Source: a virus
Taxonomy: Duplodnaviria > Caudoviricetes
IMG/VR virus record: IMGVR_UViG_3300030330_001154
Location: 1-25,379 of that record
Reading direction: 5' to 3' (one strand)
DNA: 25,379 nt
In this document: one piece after another, positions 15,119-25,150 of the stretch
Layout of the letters: each line of letters opens with the position of its first letter
Numbering within the stretch: position 1 is the stretch's first letter
Notes under the pieces: generated by a model
Told to the model about the DNA's origin: nothing
Database searches by the model: none
What the model saw: the letters and a program-made list of their open reading frames with translations, nothing else
Position numbers and translations under genes: made by a program

Positions 15119-17464
15119 GTGGCTGAATCCGTCCTCAGGTTTAGGGTCGAAACTGCCGACGCAAACCGCAAGGTTGCGAAGCTTGAGGAGCAGGTCCGCA
15201 AACTTGAGGTTGCATTAAAGAAAAGCGGCGGCACGTCTAGAAGTGCGGCCACAGGAATGAAGGCCTTTCAGCAAGGAGCTGGGGCGGCAGGTGTAAGCGC
15301 GAAGGCTTTGGGTGTTGCGGTCAAGGGCATCCTTGGCCCGTTGTCTTTAGTTGCAACAGCGGCAGGGGCTGTCGTTGCCGGGTTCAAAGGTTTTGTTGAG
15401 GCAGATAAGTCGAGGGCTGCCGTCAGGACTCTTGGCGTCGATGTAAAGACGCTTGAGGGTCAGCTCGTCGGCGTTGTCGCCAGAACAGGTGGATTAGCAA
15501 GCACTAACGAGCTTCTTGCCGCTTCTTATGACGTGGCCTCTGCTGGCTTCAGTAAGGCGGCAGACATCACCAAGATCCTTGAGGCGTCATTACTAGGTGC
15601 GGTCGGCGGCATGACCGACATCGGCACAGTTTCCGACGCCGCGACAAGCGTGATGAACGCTTTTGGCTTGACGACCGATAGCGTCAGCAAGATTGTTGAC
15701 GGCTTCGTTCAGACGCAAAACGACGGCAAAATTGTTGTCGGTCAGTACGCAAGCCAGATCGGTCGTGTCGCACCGATCGCAGCTGCTGCGGGTGTTGGTA
15801 TTGATGAACTGAATGCAGCGATCTCAACCGTTACTGCTCAAGGTGTTCCGGTTGAAAGTACGTTTGCAGGCATCAACCAAGTTATCGCGTCAACGGTCAA
15901 ACCAACTGCTGAGGCGGCTAAGGCGGCGAAACGATTAGGCCTGGACTTCAGCAGTGCCGCGATCAAGACCAAGGGATTCGGCGGATTCCTAGAGGATGTA
16001 ATTCAAAAGACAGGCGGCAGCGAGGTAGAGATCACCAAGCTGTTTAGCTCTGTCGATGCTCTAAAGGCATTGATGCCTTTGATCAATGATGATCTTGTCA
16101 CGTTTAACAAGAACCTTGCAAATCAAAAGAACGCAACAGGTGCCGCCAAAGATGCTGCCGACATCATGGGCAGCACGGTGTCGTCTCAGCTAAGCCAGAT
16201 TGTTAACAACGTTATGACGCTCGTAAGGGCGTTAGATCAAATTCTTGGGCCTGCAATCAGTGCGTTGCTTGGCCCGATAAACACAGTTCTCACTGCAGCA
16301 ACATCGGCGGTGGCGGAGCTGACCAAGATGTTCCAAATGAATCGCGCAAGAACACAAGCGCGAAAGGAACTAGGCGGGACGATGGGCCGTGGAACTACGA
16401 AGGCAGATCCTGCGGCGGTTGAAGCTCGTGCGGCAGAGATTTTTGAAAATGCTCAAGCGGCATCAGCAGTTAAGCAGGCTGCTAAAACGCCTGTTACGAA
16501 TCAGATCTTGCCGACAGGAGGAGGTCTAGCCGGAGGCGGCAAGGAAAGGGTCGATATGTCCGCAAAGATGCTAGACCTTAGCAATCAACTGCGAGCTGCA
16601 CAGGAAGGTGAACAGCAACGTTTAGCGGCAACCTTAAAGCTAATGCTCGAAAAGCAGAAGCTCTCAGAGAGTGAACTGTTGCCTAGAGAAAAAGAAAATA
16701 AGCTGGCAGAAGCAACACATAGGTTCAGGCAAGAAATTCTAAAAATTGATCAACAGGCGTCTGAGCAGGCTACTAAAGACGCTGAAAACAGGAGCAAAGC
16801 ACTTCTACCTTTGCAGCAGGAAATCGAGATGCTGACTGCAAAACTTCAAGGTAAAGGAGAAGAAAAACTTGTAGAGCAAGAGATTCTTGCCATCAAAGCA
16901 AAAGCCGCAGGCCTGACAGACGACGAAGTGAAAGCCCTTATTGAAAAAAGAAATCTTTTGCGAGAAGAGGTTAAGATGGCTGATGATATTGACAACCTTT
17001 ACAAAGGTATTGGCAATTCAATTAAATCGGGTGTCACTGATGCAATCACGGGAGCTATTGACGGCACTAAGACTCTCGGCGAGGCAGCCAGCAGCATTCT
17101 CAGCAACATCGGCAATCAGTTGATCTCGTTCGGCCTTGACAGCATTTTCGGAGGCCTTGGTGGTGGTGGCGGATTCCTCGGCAAGCTGTTTGGTAGGGCA
17201 AACGGTGGCACCGTTCAGGGCGGGCGCTCTTACGTCGTGGGAGAGAAAGGCCCCGAACTGTTCACGCCCGGACGAACTGGCAGCATTGCTCCTAACAGTG
17301 CGTTAGGCGGCAACATCAGCGTGAACGTCAACGTAGATGCCTCAGGCTCTGCAGTTCAGGGTGACGGCAACGAAGGCGCTCAGCTCGGCAAGGCAATCGG
17401 GGCTGCGGTACAACAGGAGTTGATGAAACAGAAACGGCCTGGTGGCCTTCTCGCTGGCGTCTAA
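15119..17464 (+). CDS. Tail tape measure protein
   Basis: 781 aa, Ala/Gly-rich and helical, with a TP901-like core and C-terminal RANGGTV..GRSYVVGEKGPELFTP. Confidence 0.92.
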   Translation: MAESVLRFRVETADANRKVAKLEEQVRKLEVALKKSGGTSRSAATGMKAFQQGAGAAGVSAKALGVAVKGILGPLSLVATAAGAVVAGFKGFVEADKSRAAVRTLGVDVKTLEGQLVGVVARTGGLASTNELLAASYDVASAGFSKAADITKILEASLLGAVGGMTDIGTVSDAATSVMNAFGLTTDSVSKIVDGFVQTQNDGKIVVGQYASQIGRVAPIAAAAGVGIDELNAAISTVTAQGVPVESTFAGINQVIASTVKPTAEAAKAAKRLGLDFSSAAIKTKGFGGFLEDVIQKTGGSEVEITKLFSSVDALKALMPLINDDLVTFNKNLANQKNATGAAKDAADIMGSTVSSQLSQIVNNVMTLVRALDQILGPAISALLGPINTVLTAATSAVAELTKMFQMNRARTQARKELGGTMGRGTTKADPAAVEARAAEIFENAQAASAVKQAAKTPVTNQILPTGGGLAGGGKERVDMSAKMLDLSNQLRAAQEGEQQRLAATLKLMLEKQKLSESELLPREKENKLAEATHRFRQEILKIDQQASEQATKDAENRSKALLPLQQEIEMLTAKLQGKGEEKLVEQEILAIKAKAAGLTDDEVKALIEKRNLLREEVKMADDIDNLYKGIGNSIKSGVTDAITGAIDGTKTLGEAASSILSNIGNQLISFGLDSIFGGLGGGGGFLGKLFGRANGGTVQGGRSYVVGEKGPELFTPGRTGSIAPNSALGGNISVNVNVDASGSAVQGDGNEGAQLGKAIGAAVQQELMKQKRPGGLLAGV

Positions 17465-17805
17465 TGGCTACTTTCCCGAGCATCACCCCTACCTACGGGC
17501 AGGTCAAAACAAGCAAGCCGAACACCCGTAGGGTCGTCTTCGGGGATGGCTACGAAAGCCGCGTGATTTTCGGCTTGAACCAAAACCCGAAGGCTTATCA
17601 GCTGACCTTTGAAGTATCCGAAACGGACGCAGACACGATTGAAACTTTCTTGGATGCGCGTGCCGTAGATAGCGACGCTTTTGATTTCACGCCGCCCGGT
17701 GAGGCCTCTAGCTCGAAGTTTGTTTGTGAAAGCTGGAGCAAGTCGATCCCCTACCTAAACCGTGCCACGATCTCAGCAACATTCCGCCAGGTATTTGAAC
17801 CCTGA
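17464..17805 (+). CDS. Distal tail protein (lambda gpM-like)
   Basis: FGDGYE.R...GLN, IETFLDAR, FDFTPP and ATFRQVFEP motifs. Confidence 0.9.
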   Translation: MATFPSITPTYGQVKTSKPNTRRVVFGDGYESRVIFGLNQNPKAYQLTFEVSETDADTIETFLDARAVDSDAFDFTPPGEASSSKFVCESWSKSIPYLNRATISATFRQVFEP

Positions 17806-18716
17806 TGGCTTACACCGCATGGGCTGCTAGCACCGCGTTTTCCGTTGGCGATGTCCGACGGGCGACAACTGTGCAGGCCTCTGGCCTTGTTTTCAAATGC
17901 ACGACCGCTGGCACTTCGGGCAGCTCTGAGCCTTCGTGGGCCACGGATATTGGTAACACGGTCAACGACAACACCGTTGTCTGGACTGCGATTAGCAGCG
18001 TTTACGAGGAGCTGAGTGTTCTAGCTCCGAGCGCAATTATTGAAATGTTTGAGCTGCATCTCGACAATACGCTGCACGGAAGCACTGATGTTTACCGCTG
18101 GCATTCAGGCGTCAATGAACAGGTCACGGGAAACATTGTGTGGAACGGCAACACCTATTCAAGGATTCCAATTCAGGCGCAGGGCTTTGAGTTCAGGAAT
18201 ACAGGAACGCTGCCTAGGCCGACCTTGACCGTTGCAAATACTGACAGCTCCGTCACAACCATTCTGATCTTGGTGAACGCGACCACAACCGGCAACGACT
18301 TGGCCGGTGCAGAGGTTAGGAGAATCAGGACGCTGAAAAAGTTTCTTGATGCCGCCAACTTCTCAGGCGGCAACTCAGACGCAGACCCTTACGCTTCAAT
18401 GCCTGAGGAGCGTTACTTTATCGACAGGAAGACCTCAGAGAGCCGTGAGGCTGTTGTCTTTGAGCTTGCCAGCAAGTTTGACCTAGCCGGGCAAAAAATC
18501 CCCAAGCGACAGTGCATCGCCAACGTCTGCCAGTGGGAGTACCGCAGCAGCGAATGCAGCTACACCGGCAGCAATTATTTCGACATCAACGACAACACTG
18601 CGGCAACCCTCGCGGATGATGTCTGCGGCAAGCGGTTGAGTTCCTGCAAGCTGCGGTTCGGCTCAGCAGGTGAGTTGCCTTTTGGTTCATTCCCTGGTGT
18701 TGGCTTGACGCAATGA
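17805..18716 (+). CDS. Tail tip protein (lambda gpL-like) with an extra N-terminal module
   Basis: IEMFEL, PRPTLTVAN, VRRIRTLKKFLDAANF and C-terminal CQWEYR..EC.Y...DVCGKRLSSCKLRFG..LPFGSFPG (the Fe-S-binding cysteines of gpL). Confidence 0.9.
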   Translation: MAYTAWAASTAFSVGDVRRATTVQASGLVFKCTTAGTSGSSEPSWATDIGNTVNDNTVVWTAISSVYEELSVLAPSAIIEMFELHLDNTLHGSTDVYRWHSGVNEQVTGNIVWNGNTYSRIPIQAQGFEFRNTGTLPRPTLTVANTDSSVTTILILVNATTTGNDLAGAEVRRIRTLKKFLDAANFSGGNSDADPYASMPEERYFIDRKTSESREAVVFELASKFDLAGQKIPKRQCIANVCQWEYRSSECSYTGSNYFDINDNTAATLADDVCGKRLSSCKLRFGSAGELPFGSFPGVGLTQ

Positions 18717-19429
18717 GTCTGCCGCCGACGATTAAAAAACAGATCCTTGTTCATTCGGTTGACAGCTATCCGAATGAATGTTGCGGCCTGATCATCGTGG
18801 TCAAGGGCAGGAAACGCTATCGGCCTTGCAAGAACTTGGCTGAGACCCCTGATGAGCACTTCATCATTGACCCGCTGGACTATGCAGCGGCAGAGGATCT
18901 AGGCGAAGTGGTCGCTGTCGTTCATTCCCATCCGAAGTCAAACCCGGCGCCATCACAGGCTGACCGCGTGGCCTGTGAGAAATCAGGGCTGCCCTGGCAC
19001 ATCGTCAACCCGTTGACCGAACAATGGGGATACTGCGAACCCGAAGGTTTTGAGCTGCCCTATGTAGGCCGTGAGTTTTCGTTTGGCATCGTGGACTGTT
19101 GGACCTTGGTTCGCGATTACTATCAGCGGGAGTATGAAATCGCTCTGCATGACTACGACCGCCGGGATGGCTTTTGGCTGCGTGGAGAGAACATGTATGT
19201 GGACAACCTGCCGAACGAAGGGTTCCACCCCATCCCTGTTGATGATGTGCAGCCGGGAGATCTAATCCTGATGCAGCTTGTTTCCCCGTTGCCGAATCAC
19301 GCGGCGATTTACTTGGGTGATCAAATCATCCTGCACCACATTCAAAATCGTCTGTCTTCTCGCGATGTCTACGGCAGGGGATACTATGCAAACAACACGG
19401 TTAGCGGTTACAGGCATGAAGACCGTTAA
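18713..19429 (+). CDS. Tail assembly protein (lambda gpK-like; JAB + NlpC/P60)
   Basis: PNECCG, VVHSHP...PS.AD (JAB domain); DCWTLVRDYY, NHAAIYLG, ILHH (NlpC/P60 domain). Confidence 0.92.
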   Translation: MSLPPTIKKQILVHSVDSYPNECCGLIIVVKGRKRYRPCKNLAETPDEHFIIDPLDYAAAEDLGEVVAVVHSHPKSNPAPSQADRVACEKSGLPWHIVNPLTEQWGYCEPEGFELPYVGREFSFGIVDCWTLVRDYYQREYEIALHDYDRRDGFWLRGENMYVDNLPNEGFHPIPVDDVQPGDLILMQLVSPLPNHAAIYLGDQIILHHIQNRLSSRDVYGRGYYANNTVSGYRHEDR

Positions 19430-20042
19430 AGTTTACGGCAAGCTTCGCGAGCTGCTGGGGCAATGCCGCTTTGAGCTGAACGTCAGCACCCCGGCGCAGG
19501 CGTTCAAGGCGTTGCTGATCAACTTCCCGCAGCTTGAGCGTTTCATTCTTGATTCAGAAAAAGACGGCGTGAGCTATCGAATGATGGTTGGCCGTCAGCA
19601 CATTGGTGAGCAAAACTTTGGGGATCTGGCCTTGCCGTTTGGTGAGCGCGAGGTGTTCAGCATTGCACCAGCGATTGCAGGCGCAGGCGGCAACTTTGAA
19701 CGGATCTTGCTAGGTGCTGGCTTGATCGGTGCATCGTTCTTGTTCCCTGGTGCTGGCTTGTTCGGTGGGGCGGCTGGCGTGACCTTTACCGGAACTGCAG
19801 CAACTTTGGCGACCGTCGGCACAGGCTTGAGTGCTATCGGTGCTGGCTTGGTTTTGGGCGGGGTGGCTGAAATGATTTCACCAACCCCACAGCCACAGCA
19901 AAGGAAAGAAGCAGAGCAGCTGGAGTCCTTCACCTTTAGCGGGATCGTGAACATCTCTAGGCAGGGGATCCCTGTTCCTGTTGTCCTTGGTCGCGCCTAC
20001 GCTGGCAGCGTGGTGATCTCTAGCGGTCTAGACGTTGTCTGA
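19416..20042 (+). CDS. Tail assembly protein (lambda gpI-like)
   Basis: Start reassigned to ATG 19416 (MKTVKVYGKL); Gly/Ala-rich hydrophobic middle; SFTFSGIVN...QGIPVPVVLG...GSVVIS. Confidence 0.88.
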   Translation: MKTVKVYGKLRELLGQCRFELNVSTPAQAFKALLINFPQLERFILDSEKDGVSYRMMVGRQHIGEQNFGDLALPFGEREVFSIAPAIAGAGGNFERILLGAGLIGASFLFPGAGLFGGAAGVTFTGTAATLATVGTGLSAIGAGLVLGGVAEMISPTPQPQQRKEAEQLESFTFSGIVNISRQGIPVPVVLGRAYAGSVVISSGLDVV

Positions 20043-23000
20043 TGGTTGTTATCCGTGGGGCTGGCAAGGGTGGCGGTGGTGGCGGCTCACCACGAGTCCC
20101 TGAAGAGGAAGATGATTCGCTGTCATCGGTACAGTTTGCCTCGGTTCTAGATGCGATCAGCGAAGGTGAGATTGATGGCATTGAGGGCGGTGCTAAAGGT
20201 GTTTATTTAGACGGGACGCCCCTTCAAGATGCTGCGGGACGCGATAACTTCACCGGCTACACGCTTACTACTAGGAACGGCACTCAGGCGCAGTCATACA
20301 TTTCAGACCGTGCAGGGGTAGAGAGCGAAAAAAACGTAGGCCTTGCGGTTGTAAAAGCAACGCCAATTACAAGGCAGATAATAGATACTGAGGTTGATCG
20401 TGTTCGAGTAACACTACAAATTCCTGCGCTTCAAGTCGTTGAAGATGACGGAGACATCAGAGGAACAAGCGTAAACATACAGATCCAAGTTCAATACAAC
20501 AGCGGCGGCTTCACAACCGTTGTTGATGACACTATTAACGGTAAGAGCAGTAGTGCCTACCAAAGGGACTACATGATCACTTTGACCGGCGCGTTCCCGG
20601 TTGACATCAAGGTTGTCAGGGTTACGGATGATTCAACATCACAGCGTCTAGCAAACGGAACTAACTGGTCAAGCTATACGGAAATCATTGACGAGAAACT
20701 GCGCTATCCGAACACTGCTCTGTCTTTCTTGAAGCTTGATTCTAGGCAATTTCAAAATATCCCTAGTCGCAAGTTTTTAGTTCGAGGAGTCAAAGTCAAG
20801 ATCCCGCACAATGCAACTGTAGATACAACAACACATATCGGCCGGATTGCATATAGCGGATTGTTCAACGGCACGTTGGGCGCTGCAACCTGGACTAATG
20901 ATCCAGCCTGGCTGCTTTACGCATTGTTGACGGACACCCGCTGGGGGGCTGGCATCCCTGAGGCGAATTTAGATGTCTTTGATTTCTACAACGTCTCGAC
21001 ATACTGCAACGCCTTGGTTCCTGATGGCAGAGGGGGGCTGGAACCTAGGTTCTCTTGCAACATGGTTATCAACACTCGCAAGGAGGTTTACAACGCGATT
21101 CAAGAGCTAAGCAGCTTGTTTAGAGGGATTGCTTTTTACGGCGCTGGTTCTTTGGTTCTCAACCAAGACAAACCGACAGATTCCCGCTATCAACTAGGCC
21201 CGAGCAATGTGATTGGTGGTGATTTTGTGTATGCAGGTTCTGCGCTGAAGGCCCGGCACACCTGCGCCACTGTTGCTTATCAAAGTTATGAACAGTTGGG
21301 GGAGGTCTCGTTTGAATATGTTGAGTTGCAAGATCAGGTCGCAAAGTATGGAGTCGTTAATAAAGACGTGCGGGCCATTGGTTGTTATTCCCAGGGGCAA
21401 GCGCACAGGCTCGGTAAATGGCTTTTGCTTACTGAAAGCAAACTGACTCAGACCGTCAGCTTCGCCGTTGCAGCAGACAGCGGCTTAGTGCTGAGGCCTG
21501 GCGTTGTTGTAGACATCGCGGATCCGGTCAAGGCTGGCACCAGACGCAGCGGTCGGATTAGTTCCGCAACGGTCAGCACAATCACTGTCGATAGCAGCTC
21601 AGATTTAAGTGTGAACCTGGCAAGCTCGCCAACGATTGCGGCGATGATGCCTGATGGCTTAGTCGAAACACGAACGATCAGCGCAATCAGCGACCGGGTT
21701 ATCACTGTCAGCGAAGATTTTTCGCAAGCTCCTAAAGCGCAATCTGTTTACCTGATTCAAACGACAGACGTTCAGTCAAATCAATTTAGGATTTTAAGCG
21801 TTACTGAATCAGATGATTCTACGCTTGCAATATCGGCTGTTGAATACAACGAAAGCATTTACGCAGCGGTTGAACAAGATCTGAAGTTTACGGGCAGAGA
21901 TATCACAAACCTTTCAGAAACTCCCAATGCTGTTGAGGGCATCACCGGAACAGAGTTTCTATATCAAGAAGGGCAAACCGTTCATACTGGATTCGACCTG
22001 AGCTGGAATCATGATCGCCTTAATACGACCGATTACATCGTCAAATACAGGCTAGATAATGACAATTATGTAGTTCTCAACCCAAGCGCAACCTCTGCAA
22101 CGCTCAGGGCACTAAAGGCCGGAACATTAGAAGTTGAAGTTGTTGCGCGTAACTTCACCGGCAAGCAGAGCAGAATCGCAAAGGCAAGTTTTGAGCTGCT
22201 TGGCAAAACAGAGGTTCCAGGCGATGTGCAGAACCTTTCGATTGAACCGATCAGTGCAAACAGTGCTCGCCTGCGCTGGGATCAGACCGTTGATCTTGAC
22301 GTGAAGGTGAATGGTCTTGTTCACATCAAGCACAGCAGCCTGACTGATGGAACGGGCACTTGGCCGAATTCTGTTGACCTAATCCCTGCTGTTGCGGGCA
22401 ACTCAACGGAAGCCATCGTGCCGTTGGTTGAAGGTGAGATCCTCGTCAAATTTGAGGATGACCTAGGCAACAAAAGCACAAACGCCACCAGCGTCTTGGT
22501 GGACTTCCCTGATGCTGTCGGCAGGATCACGGTTCAAACCCGCAGGGAGGATCAGGACACCCCGCCGTTCCAAGGCACTAAGACAGACTGCTTCTATAGC
22601 GACGATCTTGACGCATTAGTGATTGATGGTGACGACACCTTGGACGACGTGGCAGACGTTGATGCCATCACGTCTTTCGATTTCTTAGGCAGCATCAAAA
22701 GTTCTGCTGAGTATCAGTTCAACAACACGCTGGACCTTGGGGCTAAGTTCTCGCTGGATATGAAGCGTCACTTCGTCACGCGGGCTTTCTTCCCTAATGA
22801 CACCATCGACGCTCGCACTGCGTTGATTGACACCTGGAACGACTTTGACGGCACAGAGGCTGACGCTGTTAACGCGAAGCTCTACATGCGAAGGACTGAC
22901 GACGACCCCACAGGGACTCCGACTTATACGGCCTGGCAGGAGTTCGTGGCCGGTACGTTTGCGGGCCGTGCTTTCCAGTTCAAGGCAGAGCTGACCAGTG

Positions 23001-23332
23001 CTGACATCGCGCAGAACATCTTGATTGACCAGCTGGGGTATGAAACCAGTTTCCAGCGCAGGGAGGAGACAGGGCAACCCACAGCGTCGGGCACCAGTAC
23101 CAAGTCGGTGGCTTTCGGCAATGCCTTCTTTGTTGGCACGTCGGCGCTAGGCAACCTGAATAACTTCCTGCCCAGTGTCGGCGTCACGGTTCAAAACCTT
23201 GGCGCAGGCGAACGGGTCAACATCAGTAATGTGTCGGCCACTGGTTTTGATCTTGACGTTCTGGATTCAAACGACAACAACGTCGATCGAAACTTCAGTT
23301 ATACAGCTGTGGGCTTTGGCAGGGGCGTTTAA
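20042..23332 (+). CDS. Central tail tip / host specificity protein (lambda gpJ-like)
   Basis: GAGKGGGG, LDAISEGEIDG, YLDGTP, LRYPNTAL, WTNDPAW, EPRFSCN, GCYSQGQAHRLGKWLL and FN3-like repeats. Confidence 0.93.
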   Translation: MVVIRGAGKGGGGGGSPRVPEEEDDSLSSVQFASVLDAISEGEIDGIEGGAKGVYLDGTPLQDAAGRDNFTGYTLTTRNGTQAQSYISDRAGVESEKNVGLAVVKATPITRQIIDTEVDRVRVTLQIPALQVVEDDGDIRGTSVNIQIQVQYNSGGFTTVVDDTINGKSSSAYQRDYMITLTGAFPVDIKVVRVTDDSTSQRLANGTNWSSYTEIIDEKLRYPNTALSFLKLDSRQFQNIPSRKFLVRGVKVKIPHNATVDTTTHIGRIAYSGLFNGTLGAATWTNDPAWLLYALLTDTRWGAGIPEANLDVFDFYNVSTYCNALVPDGRGGLEPRFSCNMVINTRKEVYNAIQELSSLFRGIAFYGAGSLVLNQDKPTDSRYQLGPSNVIGGDFVYAGSALKARHTCATVAYQSYEQLGEVSFEYVELQDQVAKYGVVNKDVRAIGCYSQGQAHRLGKWLLLTESKLTQTVSFAVAADSGLVLRPGVVVDIADPVKAGTRRSGRISSATVSTITVDSSSDLSVNLASSPTIAAMMPDGLVETRTISAISDRVITVSEDFSQAPKAQSVYLIQTTDVQSNQFRILSVTESDDSTLAISAVEYNESIYAAVEQDLKFTGRDITNLSETPNAVEGITGTEFLYQEGQTVHTGFDLSWNHDRLNTTDYIVKYRLDNDNYVVLNPSATSATLRALKAGTLEVEVVARNFTGKQSRIAKASFELLGKTEVPGDVQNLSIEPISANSARLRWDQTVDLDVKVNGLVHIKHSSLTDGTGTWPNSVDLIPAVAGNSTEAIVPLVEGEILVKFEDDLGNKSTNATSVLVDFPDAVGRITVQTRREDQDTPPFQGTKTDCFYSDDLDALVIDGDDTLDDVADVDAITSFDFLGSIKSSAEYQFNNTLDLGAKFSLDMKRHFVTRAFFPNDTIDARTALIDTWNDFDGTEADAVNAKLYMRRTDDDPTGTPTYTAWQEFVAGTFAGRAFQFKAELTSADIAQNILIDQLGYETSFQRREETGQPTASGTSTKSVAFGNAFFVGTSALGNLNNFLPSVGVTVQNLGAGERVNISNVSATGFDLDVLDSNDNNVDRNFSYTAVGFGRGV

Positions 23333-23366
23333 TATGCAGGGAATGTTGTCCGCAGCGGGCTAGGTC

Positions 23367-25148
23367 ATGGCAACCCACGATTATGTAATTGCAAACGGAA
23401 CAGGCGCTGCAGTCCGTTCTGATTTGAATGATGCCTTAGCCGCAATCGTCAGCAATAACAGCGGAAGCTCCGAGCCAGCCACAACCTACGCGTTTCAGTG
23501 GTGGGCAGATACAACGGCCAACGTTCTGAAGATCAGGAACAGCGCCAACAACGGCTGGATCACCCTGCGTGAGCTTGACGGCACGCTGCTGATAGAAGAC
23601 GGAACGGAAGCGGCTCCAAGCTTATCTTTCGCCACTGACTTGAATACTGGGCTATTTAGAAGTGCAGAAAATAAATTAAACATATCGGCTGGCGGTGCAG
23701 AGCGCCTTGAGATTGGCAGCTCTGAGGTTGTATTTAACGACCCCAGCAATGATGTTGACTTCCGCGTGGAGTCAAACGGCCAGACTCACATGTTGTTTGT
23801 CGATGCGGGAAATGATCGCGTTGGCATTGGAACGTCGTCGCCTGGAGTTCTGGTAGACGCTGCAGGGTCTAATCCAACGCTGAGAGTAAGGGCTACAACA
23901 AGTAACACAGAAGTTTCTACGCTGAGGCTTACAGAAGACAACAGTTATGTTGGCGCTTACGTCAAATACGACGGCAGCACAAATTTAACTCACATTGGCA
24001 CCCACTCTGCAGCTGACTCCAATTCTGCAAATGACAATAACGCCATTACCATTGTTCGCGACAACAGAAGAGTTGGCATTGGAACGACGTCGCCTGCATA
24101 TAACCTGTCAGTCGAAAGTACATCTGGCACAAGCATCAACATCAAAGCGGGAACAGCAAGCACTGCAAGACTTCGTTTTGGCGACAGTGGGGATGATGAC
24201 ATCGGACAAATAATTTATGACAACGGTGGTAATTCCATGCGTTTTCATACAAACGCTGCCGAGCGATTCCGCGTCGACAGCTCAGGAAATTTTGCCATAG
24301 GAACGTCGTCGCCTACTTCTAAATTTGACGTAGAAGTTGCGACCAATACAGGCATCAATTTTACAAATATAAGTACAGCTCCAATCATTGATTTTAAAGC
24401 TAATTCTGTTGAGTCTGCTGGCCGCATAAGAGTCAACGAAGCCAGCGGTGGCGGCGTCATGCAATTCGCCACAAAAACCACTGGTGGCACGATTACCGAG
24501 GCGATTCGAATTGACAGCTCGCAAAATGTAAACATTGGATCAAATATTTCTTCTAATCCATTCACATATTTGAGGTTTGGAGCATCTCAACACGGTGCTG
24601 CGGATATTAGACCAACAAATGAAGGTTCTCATAAAGTAGGACTATCGTTTTATACAGACGGCACGCAAGATACAACAATCAATCCGACAGAGCGGCTGCG
24701 AATCCTCTCAAGTGGCGGCATTACTTTTAACGGCGACACGGCGCAAGCAAACGCTCTCGACGATTATGAAGAGGGCAGTTTTTCAGTTGCTTATGTTTCA
24801 GGACTTACCGCTGACACCTATGCAAATACAGGAGGCCATTATACAAAAATTGGCAACCTTGTTACTTTTACTATAAGAATTGCAGGTGCTGGCAATAACT
24901 CAGGCAGTGAACAAGTGCAAATTGGTAACTTGCCGTTTATAGCGAGTTCAAGCGCGATGGAAGGCGGTGCATGGTTTAACTTTAGACACAATTTAGATAC
25001 AGGTGGCGCTCCGTTTATGCATATTGTTAAAGGCGGCGATGATATTCTTTGGTACACAAGTGGCGGCTCTGCCTGGGTTGGTTCAGATGGAGCTGGTCTA
25101 AACAATAAAACATTTCACATCCAAGGGTTTTACTACACCGATTCATAA
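23367..25148 (+). CDS. Tail fibre protein
   Basis: N-terminal anchor HDYVIANGTGAAVRSDLN.AL.AI; repeated VGIGTSSP...R(L/F)RIDSSG modules; tip domain beginning ANALDDYEEG...YTKIGNLV...NLPF. Confidence 0.88.
   Translation: MATHDYVIANGTGAAVRSDLNDALAAIVSNNSGSSEPATTYAFQWWADTTANVLKIRNSANNGWITLRELDGTLLIEDGTEAAPSLSFATDLNTGLFRSAENKLNISAGGAERLEIGSSEVVFNDPSNDVDFRVESNGQTHMLFVDAGNDRVGIGTSSPGVLVDAAGSNPTLRVRATTSNTEVSTLRLTEDNSYVGAYVKYDGSTNLTHIGTHSAADSNSANDNNAITIVRDNRRVGIGTTSPAYNLSVESTSGTSINIKAGTASTARLRFGDSGDDDIGQIIYDNGGNSMRFHTNAAERFRVDSSGNFAIGTSSPTSKFDVEVATNTGINFTNISTAPIIDFKANSVESAGRIRVNEASGGGVMQFATKTTGGTITEAIRIDSSQNVNIGSNISSNPFTYLRFGASQHGAADIRPTNEGSHKVGLSFYTDGTQDTTINPTERLRILSSGGITFNGDTAQANALDDYEEGSFSVAYVSGLTADTYANTGGHYTKIGNLVTFTIRIAGAGNNSGSEQVQIGNLPFIASSSAMEGGAWFNFRHNLDTGGAPFMHIVKGGDDILWYTSGGSAWVGSDGAGLNNKTFHIQGFYYTDS
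23820..24314 (+). repeat. Three dispersed GIGT(S/T)SP-coding repeats inside the fibre gene
   Basis: GTTGGCATTGGAACGTCGTCGCCTG 23820-23844; GTTGGCATTGGAACGACGTCGCCTG 24072-24096 (24/25 identical); GCCATAGGAACGTCGTCGCCT 24294-24314. Confidence 0.85.
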
Positions 25149-25150
25149 AT

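Noticed and set aside
633-25105. The minus-strand ORFs and remaining nested plus-strand ORFs in the six-frame track
   Set aside because: They lie within well-supported + strand genes, show no motifs and are typical shadows of GC-rich codon usage.
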